DNA of 64,000 nucleotides from a virus, in UHGV virus genome UHGV-1351772; one strand, written 5' to 3'. Within the stretch, counting starts at the first letter, position 1, and the number at the start of each line of letters is the position of its first letter. The position numbers and the translations under genes are program-made. Positions 28,158 through 38,212 of the stretch are shown piece by piece. Under the pieces are notes generated by a model, which was given only the letters and a program-made list of their open reading frames with translations, was not told the origin of the DNA and made no database searches.

Positions 28158-29810
28158 TTAGTAACGCACCGGTGCGGTAATTTCACCATTGCTAAGCAGT
28201 GTATAGGATACCGACGGGGTAGCCAGCTTCACAATAGCTTCAGGTGCGCGTTGGTTAATTGCTTCATAGATACCGACAATAGGTTCAAACGCATTACCGA
28301 AGGAGGAAATCTCTACGATATTGCGTCCTTTTGCAGACGGGTAATCCGCAGGCAGCTGGATAGTGTAAGTTACGCGGCAAATTTCAATAGCACGATCGTT
28401 AGATTTCAGACGGAAGTGCAGCTTACGAACAGAACGTGCAACCAGCAAGCACAGTTCGCGGAAGAAATCTGCAGCCGTGGTTACGCCATTTTCACCGATA
28501 GTGCGCGGGAACAGCGTGTCACGGAAGTATTCGAGATCGCTTAAGTTACAATCGAATTGTACAAATTTCGTACCTGGAATTCCTTTACCGTAGTTTGTCG
28601 CAACAGAAATCGCGTTATGAACCAAAACAGTGAGTGTTGCGTTAAACTGCTGACAAAACTCCACACAGCTTTGTTTCAGTGTATCCGGCTCCTCTGCCTG
28701 AGTATTGAAATATTGCAGTAGGCGCTCAGACATTTTACGGATGCGGAACACCTCATCGATCGTACGCTTCAGCATTTCTTCCGGATCGTCAATATCGCGA
28801 ATATCTTCGATACCATCGATTGCCTGGCGGGTGGCAGTATAAAATTCTTGAAGGTAAGTTTTGCTCGAATTCGTACTCACCATCGGGAACAATTTATACT
28901 CGCTTTCGGTTTTCACCATCACATCCGCTTCATCATAAACGCAATAATCGACGTCTTCATTATCGATGATTTCGTCAACCTTTTCTGACCAATTGTGATG
29001 GCTAGAATACGGTGAATTCTTGATGCGTTCATTGAGTTCTTTCGGCGTAAGAATATTTTTCTTAATCTGTTCTCTAAGTTCGTGATCTAAATAGTCTTCC
29101 ACAATTTCCACCCGGAAATGATCGATGATAGGTTTATTGTAACGTTCGACAAGTTCTTCGATAGTTTTCTCGTCGAGCTCACGCGGTTTGTTAGCTTCCA
29201 CCATAGACTGCGAAACAGTCGGTTTAGGCTGTGCCTGTTGCACGGGTTGCTGTGCAGGTTGTTGTGCAGGCTGGCCGAAGTTACCTTGCGGTTGCGGTGA
29301 TTGTTTCTGTGCCGCTGTGCGCGGATCGTAAGTTGACATTGGGATAGAACCCCCTTGTACCGCTGGTGCTGGTTGTGGACTACCATAGCCGCTGCCTGGG
29401 AAGCCAGACGCTGGCATCGCTAAGCTCGGAGACCCACCCATTGCTGGGCCACCAAAAGTGCTCGATTGCGCCATAAGCTGTTTAGCTTGCACCGCATACT
29501 GATTCGCCGTACGGAATTCCTGTTCCAGCTGGCTGTGAATACGCGGGTCCAGTGGCTGCATACCACGTCCCAGTAAGTCACTATACAGCGTCGATTTAAA
29601 AGTTGCCAGAATCGCCGATGCAGTTTCGTTATCTGGACGACGGTTGTATACAAACCACGTGGCGACGGTAACGGCATTATCCATGTATTTGTCGTCATTC
29701 AATCCAGCAGCACGTGCTTGATTACAAAGATACGATAAAAGTTCATCACGACCACTGGAGATCGTGCTATAGATGTGGTTACGAATTACGTCTTTATTGA
29801 CAGTTGCCAT
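28158..29810 (-). CDS. hypothetical protein with Pro/Gln-rich linker
   Basis: ORF track. Confidence 0.5.
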   Translation of the reverse strand: MATVNKDVIRNHIYSTISSGRDELLSYLCNQARAAGLNDDKYMDNAVTVATWFVYNRRPDNETASAILATFKSTLYSDLLGRGMQPLDPRIHSQLEQEFRTANQYAVQAKQLMAQSSTFGGPAMGGSPSLAMPASGFPGSGYGSPQPAPAVQGGSIPMSTYDPRTAAQKQSPQPQGNFGQPAQQPAQQPVQQAQPKPTVSQSMVEANKPRELDEKTIEELVERYNKPIIDHFRVEIVEDYLDHELREQIKKNILTPKELNERIKNSPYSSHHNWSEKVDEIIDNEDVDYCVYDEADVMVKTESEYKLFPMVSTNSSKTYLQEFYTATRQAIDGIEDIRDIDDPEEMLKRTIDEVFRIRKMSERLLQYFNTQAEEPDTLKQSCVEFCQQFNATLTVLVHNAISVATNYGKGIPGTKFVQFDCNLSDLEYFRDTLFPRTIGENGVTTAADFFRELCLLVARSVRKLHFRLKSNDRAIEICRVTYTIQLPADYPSAKGRNIVEISSFGNAFEPIVGIYEAINQRAPEAIVKLATPSVSYTLLSNGEITAPVRY

Positions 29811-29849
29811 TATTATACTCCTGTTACGTCTTTTCTATAATTTAATTCG

Positions 29850-31625
29850 TTAACGGCCAATCTTCGCAATGTCTTCTTCGGTTGCTTGGATCAACTCGTT
29901 GAGTTTTGGATTACGTACCATCACCAGTTGGGTGTTCGTCTTCATATACGGATTGAGAATACCCGATTTGAACGGTGATGATTTCGGAATGTAATACACG
30001 TTACCACATTCCAGATGAGATGCAGAGGCATGTTTTGTCCGGTCATTAAGGTTAACCGTCTTACCGCCCTTGCTGTTACGTTTTGATTCTGTTTCTGTCT
30101 GGCTGATAGCATGGGTTGAAACCCCCAGCACCATAGACTCGGTAGAAGCGTTGAAATAACTTACACCGCCATTGCCGGTAATGTTGCGTAATACCAGGCT
30201 GGTTACAATGTCTTTATTCAACGCACTGCGTATCATGTTCGCACAAGACTCCGGTGTTCGATTTTCCGTTTGTCCCAAGTGGAAACGAATCGCTGCGATG
30301 GTAGGCGTAAAGCCACGCTCACCCAATAACAGGTAATCTGTTACGGTCAGACGTTTTCCATACATTGACGGAATATCACCTTGTTTCGTAAGGCGCGTTC
30401 TCACCATCAACTTCGTCGCGTACCAGAAGAAATCAAACATATCCATATCGTCCGGGATATCGGGATCTGACATCATTAACTCGCCACGGAATGTTGAGTT
30501 AACGTAACGTTCACACTCCGTATAGTGCTTCGTCATGCTGTGTGCCAGTTCAATATCGGACGGTTTAAGTCCAACAATACTTCTCCCCAAAATCTCCCGC
30601 CAAATTGCGGAGGAATTCAGGTTTACAACATCGTCCTCCATTGCAAGTTCGTTAATCGCGGTAAACAACGGCGGTAAAGGAACAACGTTGCCGCTTTTAA
30701 TCGCTTGCTTTCCGCAATAATAGTGCGCTGCTTTAAAGAATGCAGAAATCGCCACGAGTAATAAGTGCTCGTTTTGATCCCATCCCGCTTTATCGAGATT
30801 TGGTAAAGCCTCTGCAGGAACCGTCACTACGTACATAATCGACCGATTATGTTTAGGCTCACCTGAACTGATTACTACTTTTTTATCGAGATCGATTTCA
30901 GGTACTTTGAATGCAGGATATATCTCCACATCCACGCCAGTATAACGTTTGATGGCTTCCTTAAATCCATAACGTCCGAATAGCCAGTACATTAACGGCT
31001 TTTCGTCCGTGTCAGGATGTGTGGCGTTTTTGGCTTTAAACAAATTGTTTGTTCCGGGTAAGAACAACTCTTCTTTCTTCCCATTCACTAAAATCCGTAC
31101 CGGGTGCTTACAGAATTTTAATGACGCTTTACGTTTAAAGTCAAAATTAACAAACACCCCGCCGTGCTCACGACAGATACCCGGCTGATGAATAACAGGT
31201 GCAACATGATACGTTGTTCCGTAATAGTTCATCAACCCACCACGACGAATGAAAGGCAAGTTAATCGGTCTTGAGATTGGTCTTGAGTCTCCAGGAATAC
31301 GGAACGACGACATGACCATATACGCATCGGTATTCGCGATAGACATCACCCCACGACGCTTATCCATCCTGCTGCTCTCTGAACGAGACAGCTTATAGAT
31401 AAAAGTTTCGAACGGCGACATTAAACGAACACCCAACACGGCCAAGCCTTCAGGAACACGAGGGTTCTCTACAGGATGGTAATCTAGCTCACGTTTCAAG
31501 ATACGATGTACACGATCGTGAATACCATCTTTGGCTTGTGTATAACCGACTCCTTCCGCAATCGCACGGTTAAAGGGTACTATTTTACCACTCTCTTTAA
31601 GCTTTTTGATTGCATCTTTAAACAC
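29850..31625 (-). CDS. hypothetical protein
   Basis: ORF track. Confidence 0.5.
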   Translation of the reverse strand: MFKDAIKKLKESGKIVPFNRAIAEGVGYTQAKDGIHDRVHRILKRELDYHPVENPRVPEGLAVLGVRLMSPFETFIYKLSRSESSRMDKRRGVMSIANTDAYMVMSSFRIPGDSRPISRPINLPFIRRGGLMNYYGTTYHVAPVIHQPGICREHGGVFVNFDFKRKASLKFCKHPVRILVNGKKEELFLPGTNNLFKAKNATHPDTDEKPLMYWLFGRYGFKEAIKRYTGVDVEIYPAFKVPEIDLDKKVVISSGEPKHNRSIMYVVTVPAEALPNLDKAGWDQNEHLLLVAISAFFKAAHYYCGKQAIKSGNVVPLPPLFTAINELAMEDDVVNLNSSAIWREILGRSIVGLKPSDIELAHSMTKHYTECERYVNSTFRGELMMSDPDIPDDMDMFDFFWYATKLMVRTRLTKQGDIPSMYGKRLTVTDYLLLGERGFTPTIAAIRFHLGQTENRTPESCANMIRSALNKDIVTSLVLRNITGNGGVSYFNASTESMVLGVSTHAISQTETESKRNSKGGKTVNLNDRTKHASASHLECGNVYYIPKSSPFKSGILNPYMKTNTQLVMVRNPKLNELIQATEEDIAKIGR

Positions 31626-31635
31626 GCCATGCTCC

Positions 31636-32646
31636 TTACGTTAGCATCCCTATAAATGCGACACCCGCCGCCAAATACGCAGGGACAGATTTAAATAGGT
31701 CTGAGCCGTCCTTACGAATGTAAGAACGCGTCTCGTAGAATTCTTTACGCGCCTCAGCCCGTGACTTCGCTTCCAATTCCTGTTGCTTGAATGCTAAAGT
31801 CAATCGCTCCTTTTCTAAAGCCATGCTCTGTAGTTGTTTCTTGTGTTCCAATTCTAGCTTGTCTTTTGCCGAATCCAAGCTTTCTAATTTTTCTTTGTAC
31901 TGCTCCTCTAAACGCTGCTTAATCTCAAAGAGACCGGGAACTGCTTCTTGCCATCGAAACGCGTCCGCCGCTGCCTCGTCCTTAAATAATCTAAACGGTG
32001 AAGTAATGTCGTCAAATTCAAAATGAATCATTCGACTGCCTTCCACCCTCGTTCCACCTCCTATTATCATGTAAACGCCCGGTTCATAATAGCGTGACGT
32101 TATTGGCTCGATTTTCATTTTCGTGCCGTAGAAACGTAGCCACCGATAGTTGTCAGGCTCATCGTAGCGCTGCACAACAACAACACCCAATGTAAATTCA
32201 GTGCGCTCACCTCCAGGGCGCATAGTTGGGGGTTTACTATCTAAGCGTATTGGTGTTGTTGAGAAAGCAAAGCCTAATTGCTTTAGTACAACCAAATCTC
32301 CTCGCAGCAACGCGCCAACATCGTTTACTGCATACTCTAACGTTACCTCTCCTTTTTCTTTCAATTGGGCGCAAAAGCGAGAAAATTGTTTTCCCGGCAT
32401 CAGTTCAGCAAACCCATTGAGATTCGCGCATCTTCCGTATGATTGATACGTCACGTAAACGATAACCCCATGCTCATCAGCGGGGTTTTTCGAAGCATTT
32501 AAAATAAAGCTACCGCCACTGGTTTCAGTGACGTGGATAGGCACGCCAGTGTTATTTTCAAACGTAACAAGTTTCCTCAATCCAGACGTTTGACATAACG
32601 AGCGTTCAGAGATACTGGGCACCACATCAATATCAAGACGTTTCAT
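31636..32646 (-). CDS. hypothetical protein with C-terminal coiled coil and hydrophobic anchor
   Basis: ORF track; promoter-like motif ~90 nt upstream. Confidence 0.5.
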   Translation of the reverse strand: MKRLDIDVVPSISERSLCQTSGLRKLVTFENNTGVPIHVTETSGGSFILNASKNPADEHGVIVYVTYQSYGRCANLNGFAELMPGKQFSRFCAQLKEKGEVTLEYAVNDVGALLRGDLVVLKQLGFAFSTTPIRLDSKPPTMRPGGERTEFTLGVVVVQRYDEPDNYRWLRFYGTKMKIEPITSRYYEPGVYMIIGGGTRVEGSRMIHFEFDDITSPFRLFKDEAAADAFRWQEAVPGLFEIKQRLEEQYKEKLESLDSAKDKLELEHKKQLQSMALEKERLTLAFKQQELEAKSRAEARKEFYETRSYIRKDGSDLFKSVPAYLAAGVAFIGMLT

Positions 32647-32735
32647 GGGAACCCAAGCTAAATTTTAATGATGACACATATCTTTAGTTTAAACTGTATT
32701 TTTTCCATACATACTCCTTTAAAACCAACTGGCCG

Positions 32736-32760
32736 TCTCCCATTAATAATATCTATCCAA
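32736..32760 (-). promoter_or_regulatory. promoter-like motif, variant copy
   Basis: tctcccattaataatatctatcc, closest to the 46862 copy. Confidence 0.35.
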
Positions 32761-32788
32761 AAAATAATAGAAAGAAAAAAAATAAAAG

Positions 32789-32812
32789 GTCTAAGCCCCG
32801 AAGGGCTTAGAC
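32789..32812 (-). terminator. strong rho-independent terminator downstream of the 764-aa structural gene
   Basis: gtctaagccc cgaa gggcttagac with long flanking A/T runs. Confidence 0.7.
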
Positions 32813-32827
32813 ACTTTTTATTCGGTA

Positions 32828-35122
32828 TTATTTACCAGCAGCAGCTTTGCCTTCGCCAGCAACGTTACCTGCTACACCACCTTCGGTTTGTTTCTGACCG
32901 TTCTGTTCAACAGAAACATTGTAAGCCAGTTTTTCTTCAACCAGTTTGGTGATGCCTTTAACCCAGATCAGACCAGTGATCGGGCAGTGGCAGATGTGCG
33001 CGTTACGTGGCTGTACGGCCAGCTCTTTAGAGGTAGAACCGTTACGCTGAATGTTGATGTTGGTAACCATGATCGGAGACCAGAAGTGGTTACCCCAGTT
33101 CAGCACGTTGTAGGAACCATCGTCCGCAGTCGGAACTTTCAGGAACCATTGCAGACGACGAGTCCAGGAACCGTCAGCTGCGTTGTAGATACGCCAGCGG
33201 TCATCGTTGGTGGTGATCACTTCGTATTCGTAGCGATCGCCCAGCAGACGTTGGTCGCCCTGTACCAGCAGCAGCATAGATGCAGTCGGTTCGTCAGTTG
33301 CAATAACAACTTTCGGCAGAATGTCCGGATCGGCAGTGTACAGACGCAGCGCAGGAATGAAGCGAGATTCCTGGATAGCCTGAGTTACCTGATTACCGAT
33401 ACGCTGTACCAGGCCCTGACGAGCGTTGATCAGTGCATCTTTGGTATCCAGGGACTGTACAACTTCATCAACGTTGTAGTCAGACTCTTTGAACCACGGA
33501 GCAACCCAGTGACGTCCCAGACCACGAATGGCCGGTTTGTCCCACGGAGTGATCATGCTTGCAGCAGCGTTACGTACCGCTTCGGTGTAAGACAGCGTCT
33601 GAGTGATAGCCAGCTGTTCGTTACGGATGTTAACTGCGGAAATCAGGTCGTCCAGACGTTCGGTATCGTCGTATTCAACTCCAACCGGAGACTTGGTCAG
33701 GATCGGAGAACCGTATTGCAGTTTGTAGTTTTCTTGTTCCCAGATTGGGTCAAGCAGCAGACCCTGGGTACGACGGTTTTCGTTGGTACGAGTACCATCG
33801 AAGCGCCAGCCCATCAGTTCAAGTTTCAGACCGTCCAGGATAACTTTGCCGGTACCAGATTTGGTATCAACTTTGTTACCGGTAGCGTCGTACAGACCTT
33901 CGATTTCCAGTTTGTGACCAGCGATGTCAACTTTACCACCGAACTGACCGGTAGTGAACAGAGACATGTTGATGGTGATCACATAACGCAGGGTGTAGGA
34001 GTTCTGACCAAGCGCTTGCAGTGCCGGAATAGCCGCACCAGTCCAGTCGGTAGTTTTCGCGTTCAGAGAGAACGCAGTACGACGGAATTGCAGTACCAGC
34101 TCACGGCCATCACCTTCAGCAGGACGCTGGAAGGTTGCGAACTGCATGTCACGAACGTGCAGTTTGATGAATTTACCTGCTTTTGCTTCTTCGGTCGGTT
34201 TACGTACGGAAATCAGCAGGCTGCCCAGAGCACAACCCGGTGCGATTTCATCAGTTTCGTCGTAACCTTCCTGAACGATACCCGGATGCGCAGACAGCTG
34301 GAACAGGTTCAGAGTGTCTTTAGCAAAGCTCAGGTAGTTAGTCGGGTACGGAGGTACACGACCCAGGCGAACAGATTCGTTCGGTACCAGTTCTTCGCTT
34401 ACGAAGTATTCAGCGTTTTCACCGGTTTCCATTACGTAAGGAACGATGTTGATCGCTTCGTCCTGAAGAACGGTGTGGTCAGTCAGCGCTTCGTGCAGGT
34501 TACGACGATGATCTTCAACAACGTCTTTGGTCAGTAACGCGTGCATGACACCACGAGAAACGGTGGTCACTTTGGTACGTACGGTAATACCAACGTCATT
34601 GGTGTCAACGGTGATGGTCGGGAACAGAGTCTCAGCGAAACGAGACTGAGTTTCCAGAGCACGTACGTTCAGCGTCCAGGTCAGACCCAGGTTTTTGTCG
34701 TAATCTTTGTTGGTGTAGTATTCCTGAGCAACAACCATACGCTCTTTGCCCCAGTCGCCGTTACCAGCTTGGGAACCAGGAATCGCAACGTCCAGGTTAA
34801 AACGGCTATGGAATTCTGGCTTAGCGTATTCTTGCGCTACTTTTTCTTGCAGGTCCATACCGTGACCAGCAGCACCCAGAATCATTGCAGAAGCAACTTC
34901 CGCAGCGTGGGACATTTTCTTGCCGCCAGCAAACGCGTTTGCGTAGTGCTGTGCAGCATCGTCACGCAGGGTACCAAAAACTTTCGTGTTGCTACGTACA
35001 GACTCACCAGCAACGATGGTGTTCCACATTTCGCCAGCACTGTTGTTACTAATGACGCTTTGTACCAGCGAGTTACCAGCTTGTACGAGTTTCTCCAGAT
35101 TAGAGATTCGGGTATCTTTCAT
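32828..35122 (-). CDS. major virion structural protein, possibly jumbo-phage-type major capsid protein
   Basis: 764 aa, strongest host-like codon bias in window, strong terminator, N-terminal S/A/G-x-E motifs typical of prohead-protease-processed capsid proteins; assignment is inference. Confidence 0.45.
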   Translation of the reverse strand: MKDTRISNLEKLVQAGNSLVQSVISNNSAGEMWNTIVAGESVRSNTKVFGTLRDDAAQHYANAFAGGKKMSHAAEVASAMILGAAGHGMDLQEKVAQEYAKPEFHSRFNLDVAIPGSQAGNGDWGKERMVVAQEYYTNKDYDKNLGLTWTLNVRALETQSRFAETLFPTITVDTNDVGITVRTKVTTVSRGVMHALLTKDVVEDHRRNLHEALTDHTVLQDEAINIVPYVMETGENAEYFVSEELVPNESVRLGRVPPYPTNYLSFAKDTLNLFQLSAHPGIVQEGYDETDEIAPGCALGSLLISVRKPTEEAKAGKFIKLHVRDMQFATFQRPAEGDGRELVLQFRRTAFSLNAKTTDWTGAAIPALQALGQNSYTLRYVITINMSLFTTGQFGGKVDIAGHKLEIEGLYDATGNKVDTKSGTGKVILDGLKLELMGWRFDGTRTNENRRTQGLLLDPIWEQENYKLQYGSPILTKSPVGVEYDDTERLDDLISAVNIRNEQLAITQTLSYTEAVRNAAASMITPWDKPAIRGLGRHWVAPWFKESDYNVDEVVQSLDTKDALINARQGLVQRIGNQVTQAIQESRFIPALRLYTADPDILPKVVIATDEPTASMLLLVQGDQRLLGDRYEYEVITTNDDRWRIYNAADGSWTRRLQWFLKVPTADDGSYNVLNWGNHFWSPIMVTNINIQRNGSTSKELAVQPRNAHICHCPITGLIWVKGITKLVEEKLAYNVSVEQNGQKQTEGGVAGNVAGEGKAAAGK

Positions 35123-35134
35123 TTGTTTAATACC

Positions 35135-35659
35135 TTAATGAGATAAATGACATGCGTATAATTGCGTCAGCACTTCGTTAGCGGCAAACTGCGTTGAGGT
35201 ACTGAAGCAGTCATCCACGACGCGAGTCTTGGTACGCATATATTTAAAAAGTTCTGCGCAGAACATCTTTTTCGCAGCGTGGTCTTCACCCGAAGAAAAA
35301 CCCGAACCGGACTTCGCTTCTGCAAATGACGCCACAATCGTATCACCACGTTGAGTAAACACCCAACGTACGCGACAAGGAATTGTTTCCCCATATAAAT
35401 CGTCAAGGGAAACCTTTTCGCCTGATTCGACCAGACGTAACACCTGATCATAATATTTACCTGGAAGCACAGGCGGAGCCATTAACGCTTTATAAATAGC
35501 AGAACGACTTACTTCAGGTAAGATAATAGAACTGAAACCATTCGGACAGTCATATAACCAGTTAAAGAACCCTGCCTGGAGCAATTCTATACTTTTAACG
35601 GCAGCGCCTTTATCTATGTTAGGTTGAACTTCCCACGGTGGACTAAAACGAATTTGCAT
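35135..35659 (-). CDS. hypothetical protein immediately upstream of structural gene
   Basis: ORF track. Confidence 0.45.
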   Translation of the reverse strand: MQIRFSPPWEVQPNIDKGAAVKSIELLQAGFFNWLYDCPNGFSSIILPEVSRSAIYKALMAPPVLPGKYYDQVLRLVESGEKVSLDDLYGETIPCRVRWVFTQRGDTIVASFAEAKSGSGFSSGEDHAAKKMFCAELFKYMRTKTRVVDDCFSTSTQFAANEVLTQLYACHLSH

Positions 35660-35672
35660 TTAAGGATGCTCC

Positions 35673-37235
35673 ATGAATAACAAAATGATGTTGATAACCG
35701 CCTTAGCCACATTATACGCTGAAAGTCTTCTGACCGATCCTGAAAAGGACCACGACATCATAAGAAAAGTGCTGTTAGAGGCTAAGCTTCCTGATTACGC
35801 AGAAGAAGGTGACGAACGTGCCGCCCTCGTCGAAATCAAGGATATCATCACATCCATCATAGACGGCGGTATGCCTTACGACCACACAAACGTCATGAAA
35901 CGTTTGAAACTGGCCACTACGCAAATACGTCCTCTATACGATACGATTACCAAATTCCTGGAAGATGATATTCCAGAAGAACCAGAAGCACGCATCGAGC
36001 ATCTTAATCGCCAAGTAGCACAATACTACTTTCAGTTACGTCAAGCTATTCAAGGCGTACAACTGAAACAAAAATTGGGTCGTACGTTAGGCGCACTGAA
36101 CGGCACTGAAACGCGTGTTGATTTACAAACGGCGCTCAACGACCTTAAGGATACCTTATCCACGTTCAGTGAACGCTCTCATAATAAGATTCCTTCTCTG
36201 GTAGGGGAATTGATTACTGATAATAAAGCACCTTTCGTGCATGTATTCGACTCTATCAGTAAGAAAGCGGCAGGGAACGGGTTGCGTACGGGGTGGAAAG
36301 CAATTAACCAAATGCTCGGTTGTAACAAAGGGATCACCGAAGAACTCTGGCTGATGCCTGCTCTTCCCTTTAACTGTAAATCATTATTCAGTTTATTGCT
36401 CTCTATTAGCATTCCTGTATTCAACACTCCAGAAAAGGTGATGGCGAATGTTAAAGGTGACCTACAACCGGTTATTCTGGATTTAAGTTTAGAAAACGAA
36501 TTGGATGTTAACTTGGCTTACGCGTATCAAGCACTTTACGGACACTTTGAAGGTACAGCTCCGGTAATGGTTGCACCTGAAACGGCAACTGACGAAGAAA
36601 AAGCGCTACACAATGCACAAATGTCAGATTACCTCTGTAGTAAAATGCGGGCAAACGGTTGGGAGTATATTTTCCAAAAACACACAAACTCCGATTTTAA
36701 AATTCACTATTTGAATGATTTGATTTTAGATTTAAAACGTCGAGGTTATCATGTAGCTGGAATACGCGGAGACTATTTCGGTACTATCAGCAAAGCAGGA
36801 CACGGTAACGGCATTGCGGGTAGTGACATTAAAGAAATTTATCGTATCGCGCGAAACATCCAAGTGGTACGTAATCGTGGTTTCCTCTTAGCACCACACC
36901 AAATCTCACCTGAAGGCAAAAAATTAAAAGCACTCGACCCAGCAAGTTTCTGTAAGAGCTTACCTGGTCGTGGTCTTTACGACAACTGCTCTAGCTTAGA
37001 CAACGAAGCTGACGGTGAGATGTATTTTAACAAACGTGTCGTCAGCGGACACAGCTATTTAGAAGTACAACGCGGTAAACACCGTACCATTATTGATACC
37101 AAAGAAGCTTATCATTATACTGTAATACCTTTCCGTGATGTTGGCATTTTGCCATGGGATTGTGATAAAGAAGAAACTGTAACAGCCTCGTCGATTAACG
37201 TATTTACCGGCGGCATGGGTGACGAACTCTTTTGA
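35673..37235 (+). CDS. hypothetical protein (520 aa)
   Basis: AAGGATG RBS; plus-strand island. Confidence 0.5.
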   Translation: MNNKMMLITALATLYAESLLTDPEKDHDIIRKVLLEAKLPDYAEEGDERAALVEIKDIITSIIDGGMPYDHTNVMKRLKLATTQIRPLYDTITKFLEDDIPEEPEARIEHLNRQVAQYYFQLRQAIQGVQLKQKLGRTLGALNGTETRVDLQTALNDLKDTLSTFSERSHNKIPSLVGELITDNKAPFVHVFDSISKKAAGNGLRTGWKAINQMLGCNKGITEELWLMPALPFNCKSLFSLLLSISIPVFNTPEKVMANVKGDLQPVILDLSLENELDVNLAYAYQALYGHFEGTAPVMVAPETATDEEKALHNAQMSDYLCSKMRANGWEYIFQKHTNSDFKIHYLNDLILDLKRRGYHVAGIRGDYFGTISKAGHGNGIAGSDIKEIYRIARNIQVVRNRGFLLAPHQISPEGKKLKALDPASFCKSLPGRGLYDNCSSLDNEADGEMYFNKRVVSGHSYLEVQRGKHRTIIDTKEAYHYTVIPFRDVGILPWDCDKEETVTASSINVFTGGMGDELF

Positions 37236-37239
37236 GTCT

Positions 37240-37257
37240 GGGGAGCTTCGGCTCCCC
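37240..37257 (+). terminator. hairpin with UUCG loop, weak terminator
   Basis: ggggagc ttcg gctcccc directly after stop of 35673..37235. Confidence 0.45.
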
Positions 37258-37340
37258 CTTATGACCCCTTATGCGTCTCGAAAAACAAAAAAAAACAGAA
37301 GGCTATTAATTATGAACGGGAAACAACTACTGAACTAAGT

Positions 37341-37363
37341 AGGGGGTGGTGACAACACCCCCT
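37341..37363. terminator. GC-rich hairpin (agggggtg...caccccct), terminal member of repeat series
   Basis: T-rich run follows on plus strand; same architecture as hairpin 3 of the two full units. Confidence 0.4.
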
Positions 37364-37378
37364 TTATTAGTTAGTAAC

Positions 37379-37540
37379 TTATCTCCTTACAGGTGGTTGG
37401 TGAACATTGTGGTTGTTAACCGTTTTCGGTGCCGCAACGAGGCCGAGACGAACATATTCGTCCATGCGTTGGTTAAACTGAATTTGTTTTTCACGATTTC
37501 GCATCGCGGTATTGGACATCTGTATTTGATATTCGTTCAT
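37379..37540 (-). CDS. small basic protein, paralog A (53 aa), not in ORF track
   Basis: Manual translation MNEYQIQMSNTAMRNREKQIQFNQRMDEYVRLGLVAAPKTVNNHNVHQPPVRR; AAAGG RBS-like. Confidence 0.35.
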   Translation of the reverse strand: MNEYQIQMSNTAMRNREKQIQFNQRMDEYVRLGLVAAPKTVNNHNVHQPPVRR

Positions 37541-37599
37541 TTTTCATTACCTTTCGTAATGTTGTAAAAACGTCAACAACTTTATGTGTTGACACCGTA

Positions 37600-37687
37600 C
37601 AGCAGAGACTGTTCCGCCAGTCTCTGCTGCTTTAACTTCTCTTTCGAAAAGTTAAAGCTATGAAAAGGGGTGCTTCACCACCCCTTT
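37600..37687. other. conserved three-hairpin structured element, copy 1 (candidate sRNA or intercistronic RNA structure)
   Basis: hairpin1 37600-37629, hairpin2 37629-37658, hairpin3 37664-37687 plus T-run. Confidence 0.4.
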
Positions 37688-37694
37688 ATTTTAT

Positions 37695-37865
37695 TTAGTA
37701 GTTACTTCTCCTTTCGGTGAAGATTTGTACTCGAGGATTATTAGAAGGTTTAAGCCTTTTATTTAATCCTAGCTGTTGAACTTCTCTTAATCGTTCATTA
37801 AACCTCGCTTGTTCTGCATAGCTGTTTGAGATAGAAGTAAAGATACGTGTATTGTTGTTAGTCAT
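37695..37865 (-). CDS. small basic protein, paralog B (56 aa), not in ORF track
   Basis: MTNNNTRIFTSISNSYAEQARFNERLREVQQLGLNKRLKPSNNPRVQIFTERRSNY; GTGAGG RBS 7 nt upstream. Confidence 0.35.
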   Translation of the reverse strand: MTNNNTRIFTSISNSYAEQARFNERLREVQQLGLNKRLKPSNNPRVQIFTERRSNY

Positions 37866-37921
37866 GTTAAAACCTCACACGAGTTGGGGATTAAGCTATT
37901 ACGCGGGTGTAATAGCAACAA

Positions 37922-38006
37922 GTAGGGACTGTACCGGCAGTCCCTACTGCTTTATCTTCTCTTTCGAAAAGATAAAGCGCCTATGGGGAGTGTTGGCGCA
38001 CTCCCC
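37922..38006. other. conserved three-hairpin structured element, copy 2
   Basis: hairpin1 37922-37947, hairpin2 37949-37978 (28/30 identical to copy 1, one compensatory pair), hairpin3 37985-38006. Confidence 0.4.
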
Positions 38007-38015
38007 TTTAGGTTG

Positions 38016-38168
38016 TTACCTCCTCTCAACTGCCAACTGGGTGTTTCTTGAATATGCAACTTTGGGCTGTGTTAACGTTGGTTGCGCTATTTCACTAACC
38101 CTTCGCTGAAACTCAAGTTGTTTTGTTGACAACTCGTTTAACCGTCGAAACAGCAGTTCATGTTTCAT
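38016..38168 (-). CDS. small basic protein, paralog C (50 aa), not in ORF track
   Basis: MKHELLFRRLNELSTKQLEFQRRVSEIAQPTLTQPKVAYSRNTQLAVERR; AGGTGA RBS-like. Confidence 0.35.
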   Translation of the reverse strand: MKHELLFRRLNELSTKQLEFQRRVSEIAQPTLTQPKVAYSRNTQLAVERR

Positions 38169-38212
38169 GAACTCATCACCTATGTCGATTTTGCGAAAAT
38201 AAATAAAGTGTA

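Noticed and set aside
22501-31625. Large hypothetical proteins as possible multisubunit RNA polymerase beta/beta-prime-like subunits
   Set aside because: No NADFDGD or other universally conserved RNA polymerase motifs found by eye; left as hypothetical.
31636-32646. IGGGTRVEGS segment as a possible tubulin/FtsZ (PhuZ-like) GGGTGSG motif
   Set aside because: It does not match the GGGTG[ST]G signature, and the protein has a C-terminal coiled coil and membrane anchor unlike tubulins.
32888-35146. Long plus-strand ORFs 32888..34537 and 34541..35146 (549 and 201 aa)
   Set aside because: Antisense to the strongly codon-biased 764-aa structural gene; high GC3 on the coding strand creates long open antisense frames. 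The same applies to 47717..48247 and 48906..49628 opposite the paralog genes, and 15513..16211 opposite 15275..16408.
37629-37658. TGCTTTA (T4 MotA-box-like) sequence at the start of hairpin 2
   Set aside because: It is part of the conserved stem, with no TAnnnT -10 element at the expected 11-13 bp spacing, and no MotA-like gene was seen; treated as coincidence.
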